From the NCBI RefSeq assembly GCF_040938485.1, contig NW_027271037.1:868001-932000 (forward strand): a stretch of DNA of 64,000 nucleotides. Direction: 5' to 3'. Shown here piece after piece: positions 25,474-36,303 of this stretch (its first letter is position 1; each line of letters opens with the position of its first letter). The notes under the pieces are model-generated. The model worked only from the letters and a program-made list of their open reading frames with translations. It did not search any database and had not been told where the DNA came from. The stretch comes from Diadema antillarum. Lineage: Eukaryota. The position numbers and the translations under genes are program-made.

Positions 25474-25520
<47 letters not shown>

Positions 25521-25524
<4 letters not shown>

Positions 25525-25760
25525 TAATATCGATGAAGGGCATGTACCTTGTACAGACGAAGTGTATTCCACACACATTGTACCTCTACGTCCCGTAAGC
25601 ACTGTTTTAGGCAGAGTGATGGTGTAAGGAGTCATTTCTCTTGTCTGTTAATGCAGCCCTGATGAAGGTCCACTAATTAACCGAAAGCTTGGCATTAGAA
25701 TACCTCCTAAAATCAAGCCAGGCGTACTGCTCCCTCTTATTTCTCATAATAAACGTATGA
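25521..25760 (+). mobile_element. ~235-bp non-coding hammerhead-containing element (solo Penelope LTR or retrozyme-like), copy 1
   Basis: Near-identical to 36068-36303, bounded by (TA)n, and containing a hammerhead core. Confidence 0.7.
25656..25693 (+). ncRNA. Minimal type I hammerhead ribozyme
   Basis: GCC-CTGATGA-A-GGT-CCACTAATTA-ACC-GAAA-GCTT-GGC: stem I GCC/GGC, stem II GGT/ACC, AAGCTT palindrome at stem III. Confidence 0.8.
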
Positions 25761-25779
25761 ATATATATATATATATATA

Positions 25780-25829
<50 letters not shown>

Positions 25830-25869
25830 ACAAGAAAGGGAAAACTGATCAGAAACAAATAATAATAGA

Positions 25870-26028
25870 TAGTGAGAACTTTGAGCAAAGAAAATGGGTT
25901 TTCATCGGGATTCGAACCCGAGACCTTCGGATTACTAGACCGGTGCTCTACCGACTGAGCTAAAGCCCTAGATCGGTGTTCGTCCCAAACCCTTAATTCT
26001 CTTTGCTCGTATGGTCAGAAGCTCACTA
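25870..26028 (-). mobile_element. ~160-bp MITE-like unit with TAGTGAG termini enclosing a tRNA-derived sequence (copy 1)
   Basis: Ends tagtgag..gagcaaagaaaat / attctctttgctc..ctcacta are imperfect inverted repeats. An inverted second copy lies at 26214-26347. Absent from the paralogous site near 36300. Confidence 0.75.
25896..25968 (-). pseudogene. tRNA-Thr(AGT)-like sequence, TE-borne, probably not a functional tRNA
   Basis: GGGCTTTAGCTCAGTCGGTAGAGCACCGGTCTAGTAATCCGAAGGTCTCGGGTTCGAATCCCGATGAAAACCC. Intact A box and B box, perfect D stem (GCTC/GAGC) and T stem (TCGGG/CCCGA), loop CTAGTAA, but mismatched anticodon and acceptor stems. Confidence 0.8.
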
Positions 26029-26213
26029 CTTATTATAAATAGTAGCTCACTATTAATATTTGTTTGTGGTCAGTTTTCCCTTTGTTTCAAAATATATTAC
26101 AAAAAGTTGCATCGCTTCGGCGATCCCTCGCATTTATTCCAAAGTTGATTTACATCCTTTGGGTTTATGTCAGGTTAATGTGTGTGTGTGTGTGGCACAC
26201 ATACACACACTAT

Positions 26214-26341
26214 AGCTTCTGACCATACGAGCAAAGAGAATTAAGGGTTTGGGACGAACACCGATCTAGGGCTTTCAATAGCTCAGTCGGTAGTCTCGGG
26301 TTCGAATCCCGATGAAAACCCATTTTCTTTGCTCAAAGTTC

Positions 26342-26347
<6 letters not shown>
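26214..26347 (+). mobile_element. Inverted copy 2 of the tRNA-containing unit, with the anticodon arm deleted
   Basis: Reverse complement of copy 1 except for a 4-nt insertion (caat) and a 24-nt deletion (agcaccggtctagtaatccgaagg). A and B boxes retained. Confidence 0.8.
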
Positions 26348-26391
<44 letters not shown>

Positions 26392-28874
26392 ATATATAAA
26401 TTATATATGATATTATACCTGAAAGAAATATCTTTGACTTCATGTTATTGGTAAAACAGAAATGGCCGAGTGAGATACAAGCCAATTCATACGCACTCAA
26501 ATTTCTCCTTCTCTCTTTTGTGATGCAAGTCCCCATCAAGATTTTAGAAAAATATGCATATTCTTCCACTCTTTTCTCATCAAACTTTCCATGATCATAT
26601 AAATAGGCGGATTGAGATTCAAATCAAACTTTATTTCTTATACATACCAACACTATTACAAAAAGTATGCATTTCCAAGATCTAGGAAAAAACATATTGT
26701 CCAAATCATGGTATCAATTCTCTTTCTTTTTCTTTTCTTTTTTTGCCTGCCAGAAAAGCAAGTACCTTACCCTATCTACTTAACAATCGCCAATTTCCAC
26801 AATCTTAGAAATCAATTCCAGTTAGATATCTTCTCAAGGGAGTTTCTGCAATGCGGTATATATCATAACGTCTGTTAAACTGCGTTCTAGAGTATAACAT
26901 CGTCTGTCATCATAAACAAAAAATACCAAAGACATTATATGAAGAACGTTTACTTCGACGGTATAGAGGAAGCAAAAGATTAAAAAGTTATGAATTTTTA
27001 AAGTTTCCGTGCCGTCATCACCGGATAAGAAGAATGCTACACAATGCTACACTTGATGATGCCATTATAGACAACAGCATATAACAAACAAAAAATATGA
27101 GGAGAATAACACGAAGTTTCGGTTTCAATGAAAAGTACACACTCCATTGACTTTTTACTGACATAAATGCAAGTATTATTCCCCTTTCCTTCTGAAAGAG
27201 GTAAATCAAGTGTTCTTCCGTTATGCTAGAAGAACGAACATAAATTCTGTTGAATCATTCATAATTATAGCTGTCAAATTTCTACGTATGCACAACAGAA
27301 TTTCACAGTTGCATTTGTCCCTTTTTATATCGTTCAGCGTTCGATGCCGCCATCTTTCTGAGTAATTTGAAGATTCATAATTGACACTGACGTCGTATGG
27401 GATGTTTTACTTTTTTTATATATTTAATGAAATTAAATTTCACTTCAACGTTAAAGCATGTAAAACAAGATTCAATCCCATCCAAAATATGTGCAAGAGT
27501 GTAAATCTGAGTTTTACGGTATGAAAGTAAACGTTCCTGTGTTTTTACAATAGGTTATCATCTACCTCTCGATCTTTACAAGTATGATTGGTTTGCCTTC
27601 ATAAAGACAGAGAGTGGCTGTTCATTGTTTAATTAAACAAGATTCAAGATTCAAAATTATTTTCATTTCCATCAAACAAACGGAGAAATCATATATAATG
27701 TATATGCAGAGGATATTAAGTATACATATGAACTTGAGAAACAGATGAAGAAAACACAATTGTATTTTTAGCAAATGCATATAGTAAACGTTAACTAAGG
27801 ATTTGGGATGGAAATGGAGGGTCCCACTAAGAAGCAAAGCTTGTACGATATGGGACCCTCAGAAAATACACAAGACAGCTTAAAATGACTGCCAAAGACC
27901 GATATAAAATAAAATAAAATGAACCGATGTCAACTGACATGAAATCAAATTGGGAAGGGGAAGAAGAAAAAAGGGGAAAACAGAAACTACAGCACGTGCT
28001 ATCGTGGACGCAAGCAAACTGGACTCCATGATGTAACAGTAAAGATAAAATACAACCTGGATTGAATATGATGCAAACAAATTTATACGTAAGTATACCG
28101 GTAAGAAGGCAGAAGAAGGAGAAAAAAGACACAATGGTATATACGAAACAATAAGAGAAACATCTGAGGAGGACTTGTGTTTAACAGATTATTTTTCTTT
28201 CTTAAAAAAATATGAAAACATAATTGTTTGATGTTTGAAGAAATAAGGACTTGACTGAGCTGATAAAACGATCCTAACTTGGTTGTTAGGTTAACTTTTA
28301 ATCAATACTGTCTTCCTATCTGTGGGGCAGATCCAGTTTGACATATACTTTGGCACATACTACTATAGTGTTTTGAGTGTGGGCATGGAGCATGGGATCA
28401 GAGGGAATAGGACTGCTGTAACTCAGTCACTCGAACCTCCTTGATTATCTAAATCGGAATTCAATGGTGGTAAATTATTGCGTTGTTGTTCCTGGAACTC
28501 CCCTGGACTTCCTTACAAATTTAGGTTAAGCGTACAAATAATACGGAAATAGTCAGATGGATTCGTCAATACGGAAGATACGTCAGATTTCGAGTGGGGG
28601 TATATGGACTTTTCAAAATGATATGATATGATATAAGATATGATATGATGTGATATGATAATTTATTATAATATGATTATGATTTACGAGACGAAAATGA
28701 TAGAGAATAGGCCAAGTAGAATTGTGTGAAACTAAAAATAGATGAAATAGTCGGCGCAAATACTAATGCAAAAAAAAACAAACACACAAAAATGACGCAA
28801 TAATCGACGCATATCACTAACGCAAAAACGGAAGCAATAATAGACTCATTACGTCGCTGCATGGGTCCTACAAA

Positions 28875-29108
28875 TCAAAAGGTCAGCTTGCAGATGTAGT
28901 CTCCAAGTCTTGTGCATGTGCCATCATCCCAGTCTCTGGCTGTATCCGACACGCTTCCTGTGTACCAGATTTTGCCGCAGTCTTGGTTCCCACCGTAGCT
29001 GTTCGGCTGACCAGCGCGCCAGTTGGTGTACGGCGTCGTAGAACTGGACTGGTCACTCCAGACCCAATCGCCCTCAGTACTTCGGTCATTGTAACCAGTC
29101 CAGAAGCC
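28875..29108 (-). CDS. C-type lectin CTL-A, coding exon 2 (joins 33555-33809); QPN motif
   Basis: Acceptor ctag|GGC, phase 0. My translation (not the frame in the ORF track): GFWTGYNDRSTEGDWVWSDQSSSTTPYTNWRAGQPNSYGGNQDCGKIWYTGSVSDTARDWDDGTCTRLGDYICKLTF*. Confidence 0.95.
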   Translation of the reverse strand, partial: GFWTGYNDRSTEGDWVWSDQSSSTTPYTNWRAGQPNSYGGNQDCGKIWYTGSVSDTARDWDDGTCTRLGDYICKLTF

Positions 29109-29212
29109 CTAGTGTAGGTGTTATACAAGCAAAACCTGTTGGTTACCCATGATTAGTTGTGAGTTACGATGATAGACAAATAGAAGAAGATCGAATTAAT
29201 AATCCAGACGAT

Positions 29213-32141
29213 GGGCCGAATGCATAAAACTAGCAATTGCTTATAAGCAATTGCTTCAAGCACAAGCACAAGCTCGTCTAGAAAAAGGTCTAGCTTAAAT
29301 CAATATGCATAACCTTTTGCTTAATATGCTTACACCTTTTGCTTGTCCCGCACAAGCCATTGCTTGCGTTTTAAACAAAAGGGACGTCATGCCTGTGCAA
29401 ACACAAGAACAAAAGGCGGGTGTGACAGCATGCATTTGAAAGGGTGTGGGTGAGCGAAAACATTTCCTGACATTGCAAAAGAGCTGTGAAATGACACTCA
29501 TAATAAATGCACACACACAGACGCACACACATCTTCACCCACACACGTACTGGCTAATTCCCATCATTGCTTGTAGTAGCCCGGATCTGCTAGGTCGCAC
29601 GTGGGGAGAGGTCTCCTTGCTCTCCAAAAATGGGCCGGATGCATAAAAGCTAGCAAATGATTGTGCTAGCCTTTTACTTGAATCCGTATCCATAAAAACA
29701 AGCAATTGCTTGAGAGCAAAAGCTTTTGCCAGGAAGCACAAGCAATTGCTTGCATGCTGTCCGCAAGCAATTGCTTAGAGACCAAGCAGTTGCTTAAAAA
29801 CGTTTGCATAAAACAGACCTTTTGCTTGTTCTTGCTAGCAACTGCTTACGATTTTCCAAGCTCTGTAAACTGAGCTTAAGCTTTTTCTTAACTGGAACGT
29901 TCCCTTTTAAGTATCATTTTCATATTCATAAAAAAAACCAATGAAATGATGAAAAACAGGTAAGATGTCTGACTTCGGTGGAGCGCAAGGAGGCCTCCTG
30001 TCTCTCCACGTGCGACCTGGCAGATCTGGCTACTGTAATGGGCCGGATGCATAAACGCTAGCAATTGCTTGTGCTAGCCTTCTACTCGAATCCGTATGCA
30101 TAAAAACAAACAATTGCTTGCAAGTAAAAAGCTTTTGCTAGCAAGCACAAGCAATTGCTTGCTGCCCGCGTTCTACTTAAATTATATTTGCGAGTATACT
30201 GTGTGACCTTTGTAACAGTCGCGTGGGGGCTGACAACTCAGTGAAGGAATTCCTCTGATGGAATGGCTGAAATCCCACAGAATTTCATTATCTTGGCTGC
30301 ATACGGGACTGCGAAGTATGTGCGTTGGAGTTGCCTGGGAAGTGCTGCCGCTAAGGGCCCTCCTACTGGCGTTCTGCGTGGACCTGTCCGGGCATTCCCG
30401 CGACTCACCCGGAAAAGGTTTTGGCCATGCTCAAAACTTGGTTGCGGTTAAATCGGACTTGCGTGAGCACCTCCGGGCAACTACAGGCGAGATACGCGCT
30501 AGATACTGTTAGGTGCGGACCAACTGCGGAGAGCTCCGGGGAGTAAATTTGTTTCCCCGCAAGTCAAGCCGCAAAACTTCCCCAGAGACGGTATGGCAAA
30601 TCATGAATGAAAATTGCAAACATTCGTGTTCGCCCGCTCAAAATCTTCTACGTGCTTGAAACTATCTCCTTGCCACAAGCCCGCGTAGCTTGCCCGGAAC
30701 AGTGTGACACGGCCTTTAGAGACCAAGCATTTGCTTTTCTTCAAGCAAAAGGGATGCAGTGGGCCGAATGCATAAAACAAGCAATTGCTTGTAAGTAATT
30801 GCTTCAAGCAAAAGCACAAGCTCTTCTAGCAAAAGGTCGAACTCAAGCAATTGCTTGAATCCATATGCATACGCTTTTATACCTTTTGCTTGTCCCGCAC
30901 AAGCAGTTGCTTGTGTTTTCAACAAAACGGACGTCACGCCTGTGCGAATACAAGAACAAGGCTAGTGTGACAGCATGTATTTGAAAGGGCGTGTGTGTGC
31001 CAAGTCATTTCCTGACATAGCAGAAAAGCTATGAATTGACACTTATAAATGCACACACAGACGCACACATGCATTTATAAATACATACGCACTGGCTGAT
31101 TCCCATCACTGCTTATAGTAGCCCGGATCTGCCAGATCGCATGTGGAGAGACGTTTCCTTGCTCTCCACCGAAGTCAGACATCCTACTTGTTTTTCATCA
31201 CATTTTGCGTGCTTACCATTGGACATTCCCGTTGTCGAAACGAACAAGTTTTTTACACTACTTAGGAGTAATTTCTTGTAGATTTATACCACTCCTGCAG
31301 TGTGGTCTTTCTTTCATGAAAATGACGTCCCAGTTAAGCAAAAGCTTAAGCTCATTTAACAGAGCTTGGCAAATTATAAGTAATTGCTAGCAAGAGCAAG
31401 CAAAAGGTATGTTCTATGCATACGTTTTTAAGCAATTGCTTGCACTTGCTAGCAAAAGCTTCTGCTCGCAAGCAATTGCTTGTTTTTATGCATATGGATT
31501 CAAGTAAAAGGCTAGCACAAGCAATTGCTAGCGTTTATGCATCCGGCCCATTATATGAATTCAAGCAAGTGCTTGAGCTAGACCTTTTGCTCGACGAGCA
31601 TGGTGCTTTTGCTTGAAGCAACTGCTTGTTTTATGCATTCGGCCAATGTAATTTGCCCTACCTATTTCTCATCACATTTTGCGTGCTAACCACTGGACAT
31701 TCTCGTTGTTAAAAACGAAAAAGTTTCTTACACTATTTAGGAGGAATTCCTTGTAGATTTATGCCACTCATGCACAAGTTTGGTCCTTCTTTTATGAATA
31801 TGGAAATGATTCTTAAAAGCGAACGTCCCTGATAAGCAAAAGCTCAAATTTGTTTTACAGAGTTTGGATATTCGTAAGCTTTTGCTAGCAAGAATAAGCA
31901 AAAGGTCTGTTTTATGCATAAGTTTTTGGGCAAATGCTTGGTCTCTAAGCAATTGCTTGCGGGCAGCAAACAATTTCATGCAAACTTGCAAGCGAAAGCT
32001 TTTGTTCTCAAGCCATTGTTTGTTTTTACGCATGCAGATTCAAGTTAAAGACTAGCACAAGCAATTGCTAGCTTTTATGCATCAGCCCGATGCTTCCGGG
32101 CAGCAAGTAATATCTTTTGTTTGTTCTTATGCATTTGGCCC
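29213..32141. mobile_element. Cluster of nested Harbinger-type MITEs (TIR GGGCCGRATGCATAAA) in the CTL-A intron
   Basis: Left ends at 29213, 29632, 30040 and 30761; right ends at 31549, 31644, 32088 and 32141. Interiors are full of AGCAATTGCT palindromes. Related ends occur in the CTL-B intron at ~39143 and 42227. Confidence 0.78.
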
Positions 32142-33554
32142 ATTGATTAACTAGATCCTTTGATTCTGTATCTTCTTCCGGGTACGTTCCCGGTTTTAAT
32201 TCTATTTTGATTTTGTACTGTTAAACAATAAAACAGAACAAAGACACAAATATGACAAGAAAACAAAACATAAATCCCAGAAATCCGATGTACTTCATCT
32301 CCGTTCCTTTTACCCATTACTCACGGAAGAAATCAGAATTCTTGCCTATAACTTGCAGGGAGGCTGCTTTCCTGTTCGATAATAGCGTTCTACTCAATCG
32401 CAGAGTGACTTGAGTCCCTAAGTGTACAAGCAGAAAGTCTAAGTGTTACCTTTATCAAAGGCCAAAGAATCGAATGAAATTCTTAAAGGTAATGCTTACC
32501 TTTGAGAGCAGTGATTTGAAAAAAATAGTTTCAGTTATTTCATTTGATGCATATCGGCAGGTCAGTTATATCACAAAACATCTTACCATATTCATATATA
32601 ATAAAAATTTCTAGTAAAGCATAAAAATAATATACTGAGATATCACTATTTTTCTCATTAAACCATGTCTAGACGGTTTAGTCTAGAAACAGTATTATCA
32701 TAACTGTTGTTCACATTTTGTAAATTTTACAACACTAAACATTGATTATACTAAGTAACTTTTACACTGCTTGTTTCTATCCCTAACTCACATTACAGAA
32801 CTGTTTTGAAGCACCAAAGCTGGGTTTTTGTTTCATCTGCAAAAATGGTAAACAAAGCCTTTAAGAGTCAATTCATCAGTTTATGATGATATAAGCCTCA
32901 TACACTTACAACCACTGATAAATGGAACGTCTCCATCAAGCAAATTACAATCGACAGTTTAAAGCTCACTAATTTCACCCTCAGGAGAGATTTCTGTGAC
33001 AAATTGAAGGTAATCAGTATTTGTTCTCAGACTGTACTTCGACCACTCGACCTCAGACAACTTAGTATGCAATCACTTTCTACTGTCAGTTAAAATACAC
33101 ACTGACCTAACATCAGGATTTTAACTGCTTTCTATAATAAGCTTTAGGCCTATAAACCGCTTTCATCCCAATCAGCATTTCAAACCCTTCGGCTGGAATG
33201 GATGAAACACTGTGTTCCCCTGTCCCTCATTATAAAAACCTAGAATATGATTATCAAATACAGAATGAATCTGCTGGAACACAGCGTCTTTGATATATAT
33301 TGGTATTGCACATTGCATGAGACGGAAATGAAAGAAGGAAGCAAATCACAAAGTATAAAGACCCATATTGGTAGGATTGAATAGGACAGTTTTGACTCAT
33401 TTATTCCAATGACATTGAGCTTATCCTATATAGCTTTACTCGTCGTGGGATTTTACACATATAAAAACGGAAGACTTTATACTCTAGATTTTCCCAGCCA
33501 ATTACCAGTATTATAGTATGATACAATGTATTACATCTACCCTACTTGGCTTAC

Positions 33555-33809
33555 CCATGCAGGAGTTGGAACCGTATATCGCCAGTAATTGTAGAGGAAA
33601 GTGTTTTCTGCCTCGCTCAGCACCGACGTCAAATGACCACCGAGTTCGACACAGTGGTTCTCAGCTTCCTGCCAGTTTTTCTTCACTAAGAAGAGCCGAT
33701 AGCAGGAGCCGTGGAACCCAGTCCAGTACTCCGGACAGCACCCAAACGCCTGGCCACCGACGGCCATGTAGGACGCCAGGACCACGAGAAAAGCAATTGT
33801 CAGCTTCAT
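33555..33809 (-). CDS. C-type lectin CTL-A, coding exon 1 (signal peptide + N-terminal half of the CTLD)
   Basis: MKLTIAFLVVLASYMAVGGQAFGCCPEYWTGFHGSCYRLF...WQEAENHC...GHLTSVLSEAEN...PAW, then donor gtaag. 85 codons; the spliced protein is 162 aa with the full long-form CTLD cysteine set. Confidence 0.95.
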
Positions 33810-34909
33810 GATTTCAGGATTCAAGGCTTATTTGCTCTTTTTTTTTTCTGTGACATCAATGAAACAAAAGAGGGAAAATTGAAATACATGTCAAATTATG
33901 ATTGAGGGCATGACTGAAGAATATTGCCCATATATGTATCGTACATGCTCTTGGCAAAAATCTTCTTACAGACGAAACAGAAAAGACGAACAATTTAAAA
34001 TCAAATCCCCATCTTTAAACGAAAAGACGCCTCAAAGGGCATGACAAAAGCAATTAGTTGATGATGGAGGGGGGGGGGACTTTTTGTCTTTGCCTTGTCC
34101 TTCAATTGCCTGTACAATCTTCGTATTTCCTATCAAAAATCGTAATGATCATTAATGTGCTCGTCATAACAATGACAATGAAAATTACATGATATTGATG
34201 CAGAAATAAGATTAAAGATAAAGATATGAATTATTCAATAACCATGGATAATGGTATTTCCTAATAGGAAATCGTCCTTTATCAAGTGATATCTCATGGT
34301 ACAAACTGGTATCAATAACAGCGTCATATTTCTGGCGAGCCTGTCTTTCCACCTGTGCCTGTAGAGAAATTTAGCAGTTTAATTGACGGTTGACGATGTC
34401 AACGTTACTAGACGGGGACATCAAAAAGCGAGTAGAATAAATTCACGTATAACTATGCTGTCATTAATAAGTAGCAACTACCATTTTTCCAGAAGGTGGC
34501 GTATAGTCAGTCCTGTGTTCAGCTTTAGATTAAGCTAGTTAGCAACTTTCTCTAAATCTCCAAGTGTTAATTTTCCCCATTGAATTCTTCTTGAGATCAT
34601 GGCGATGAACTTTATAAAAGATACCATTTTTCTGTTTTTAGTGTATTCAGATTCAATAAAAGATATCTGAGCACTTGAAGTGCTGGATAATTTACTCTCG
34701 TCAGTTAACGTGAACTAATTCTTATTCCTATCATAGCGATGCAGTATTGATACTCACAAAGAATCTGTGACGACAGTCGTTCAGATGCGATTAGAGACAA
34801 TCTTCTGAAGAACCAGCGGTGACGAATGAACACTCGGGTAGTTTTCATCTCCTTTATACAAACTTTTTCCAATTAGCCAACGGATGCCACACCCCTCCAG
34901 CGTCAACTT

Positions 34910-34952
<43 letters not shown>

Positions 34953-36024
34953 TGTGTCGATGTGTCTCTATGTGTCCTTCATCTCCTCAAATTCATTTTT
35001 TTTTATTTCTATCCCTTACCAGTTGATTTTTCACAGAGCTATCAATTTCCTCTTGTATTACAATAATACTATAAAAAACATGGTTATTATTTATACTCAG
35101 AATAACCAAAAGACGGTAAACAACTCAGGGAAGACTATACAAGGGTCAGTGATACCGGTGTCGTCGGGAAGCGACAAAGTACAGGTAAACCTGAATCCAG
35201 AATTCACAACTCTCTTGTCCTCATCAGGGTTTGATGTGGCCCCGAGAAATATTCTTGTTTTCTGCCTCGAGTGGTTGTTTATCAACCTTGTACCAGAACA
35301 GAACTGTGAGTATATTTTCGTTTTTATGGTTATTAACCGAGGCTGTCTTAAGATTTATAGTCTCATCAAATTTCAGGGTCGTTCAATAATTAAAGTACAA
35401 GGGACCCTACTAGAATTTGACCTTAACCTAAACAGAAAACAGTGAAAATCAGAAAGAGGCACGGCTGCTGTCGTTATTCTTTTATATCTGAAGTGGAAAG
35501 CACAACGAATGAGAGCGCCTTCTGTTGGAATCAGTTTTGCATATTAATATCGAATCTCTCAAAATGAAATGTGAGACTAACGTTATTGCCACTATTTTTT
35601 TTCTCTCTCTCCCTCTTTCCTACGTCCCCCTTTATAGACCTTACCCTTTACCCTCCTCTGTTAGGTCCCTTTAAATATACCAGGTACATGTTTTAGATTG
35701 ACAATTTTCTGAATATTCAATTCAAAGTCTGCACCTCAAAATTCAACTTCCCTCAATAAATGACAAACTTACCATACATCTCTTACACAAAAATGTCCGG
35801 ATGTGCTACTAAAAGTGTGCTCCATATCGTTGAATTTCATTTCTTAAAATGCCAAAGCTCCCTGGAACGGGAGGTGGATACCTGACCCCATCCGACCCTC
35901 CCCTTATAATAAGTACCGCTCTATAGAATATTTGGCAGTTGACAATTTTCCAAATATTCAACAAAATCTGATAGTTATTTCAATAATACAAAATGCAAAA
36001 CTGATCTGACCCCGCTGATATATA

Positions 36025-36067
<43 letters not shown>

Positions 36068-36070
<3 letters not shown>

Positions 36071-36303
36071 CCGATGAAGGGCATGTACCTTGTACAGACG
36101 CAGTGTATTCCACACACATTGTACCTCTACGTCCCGTAAGCACTGTTTTAGGCAGAGTGATGGTGTAAGGAGTCATTTCTCTTGTCTGTTAATGCAGCCC
36201 TGATGAAGGTCCACTAATAAACCGAAAGCTTGGCCATTCGAATACCTCCTAAATCAAGCCACGCCTATTAATACTGCTCCCTCTTATTTCTCATTGTAAA
36301 CGT
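36068..36303 (+). mobile_element. Hammerhead-containing ~235-bp element, copy 2
   Basis: Near-identical to 25521-25760 and preceded by (TA)n. Confidence 0.7.
36197..36234 (+). ncRNA. Minimal type I hammerhead ribozyme
   Basis: GCC-CTGATGA-A-GGT-CCACTAATAA-ACC-GAAA-GCTT-GGC; differs from the 25656 copy only in the stem II loop. Confidence 0.8.

Larger units (their letters stand above)
22454..25474 (-). mobile_element. Penelope-like retroelement (probably Neptune-type), 5'-truncated, inserted in (TA)n
   Basis: RT+GIY-YIG ORF, about 1 kb of AT-rich 3' region ending in a hammerhead motif, and (TA)n on both sides. Absent from the paralogous site at ~36016-36067. Confidence 0.92.

Noticed and set aside
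25896-25968. Functional tRNA-Thr gene
   Set aside because: Mismatched acceptor and anticodon stems, no T-run terminator, and embedded in a repeat. Kept as a TE-borne pseudogene.
28883-29128. ORF-track proteins over the lectin second exons (28883-29128, 38072-38317, 51996-52211, 51880-52323)
   Set aside because: Wrong frame or strand. The true frame is set by the phase-0 splice and gives CTLD motifs.
33810-33900. 5' UTR splice acceptor or promoter upstream of the lectin ATGs
   Set aside because: The candidate cacag acceptor is present in CTL-A and CTL-C but altered in CTL-B, and no TATA box is conserved in all three. It needs transcript data.
35080-35445. 121-codon plus-strand ORF open in two copies (35080-35445 and 46075-46440)
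   Set aside because: The copies are recent duplicates with mostly non-synonymous differences by my count, the frame is broken in the paralogs at ~14950-15330 and ~56760-57200, and it has no recognisable domain.
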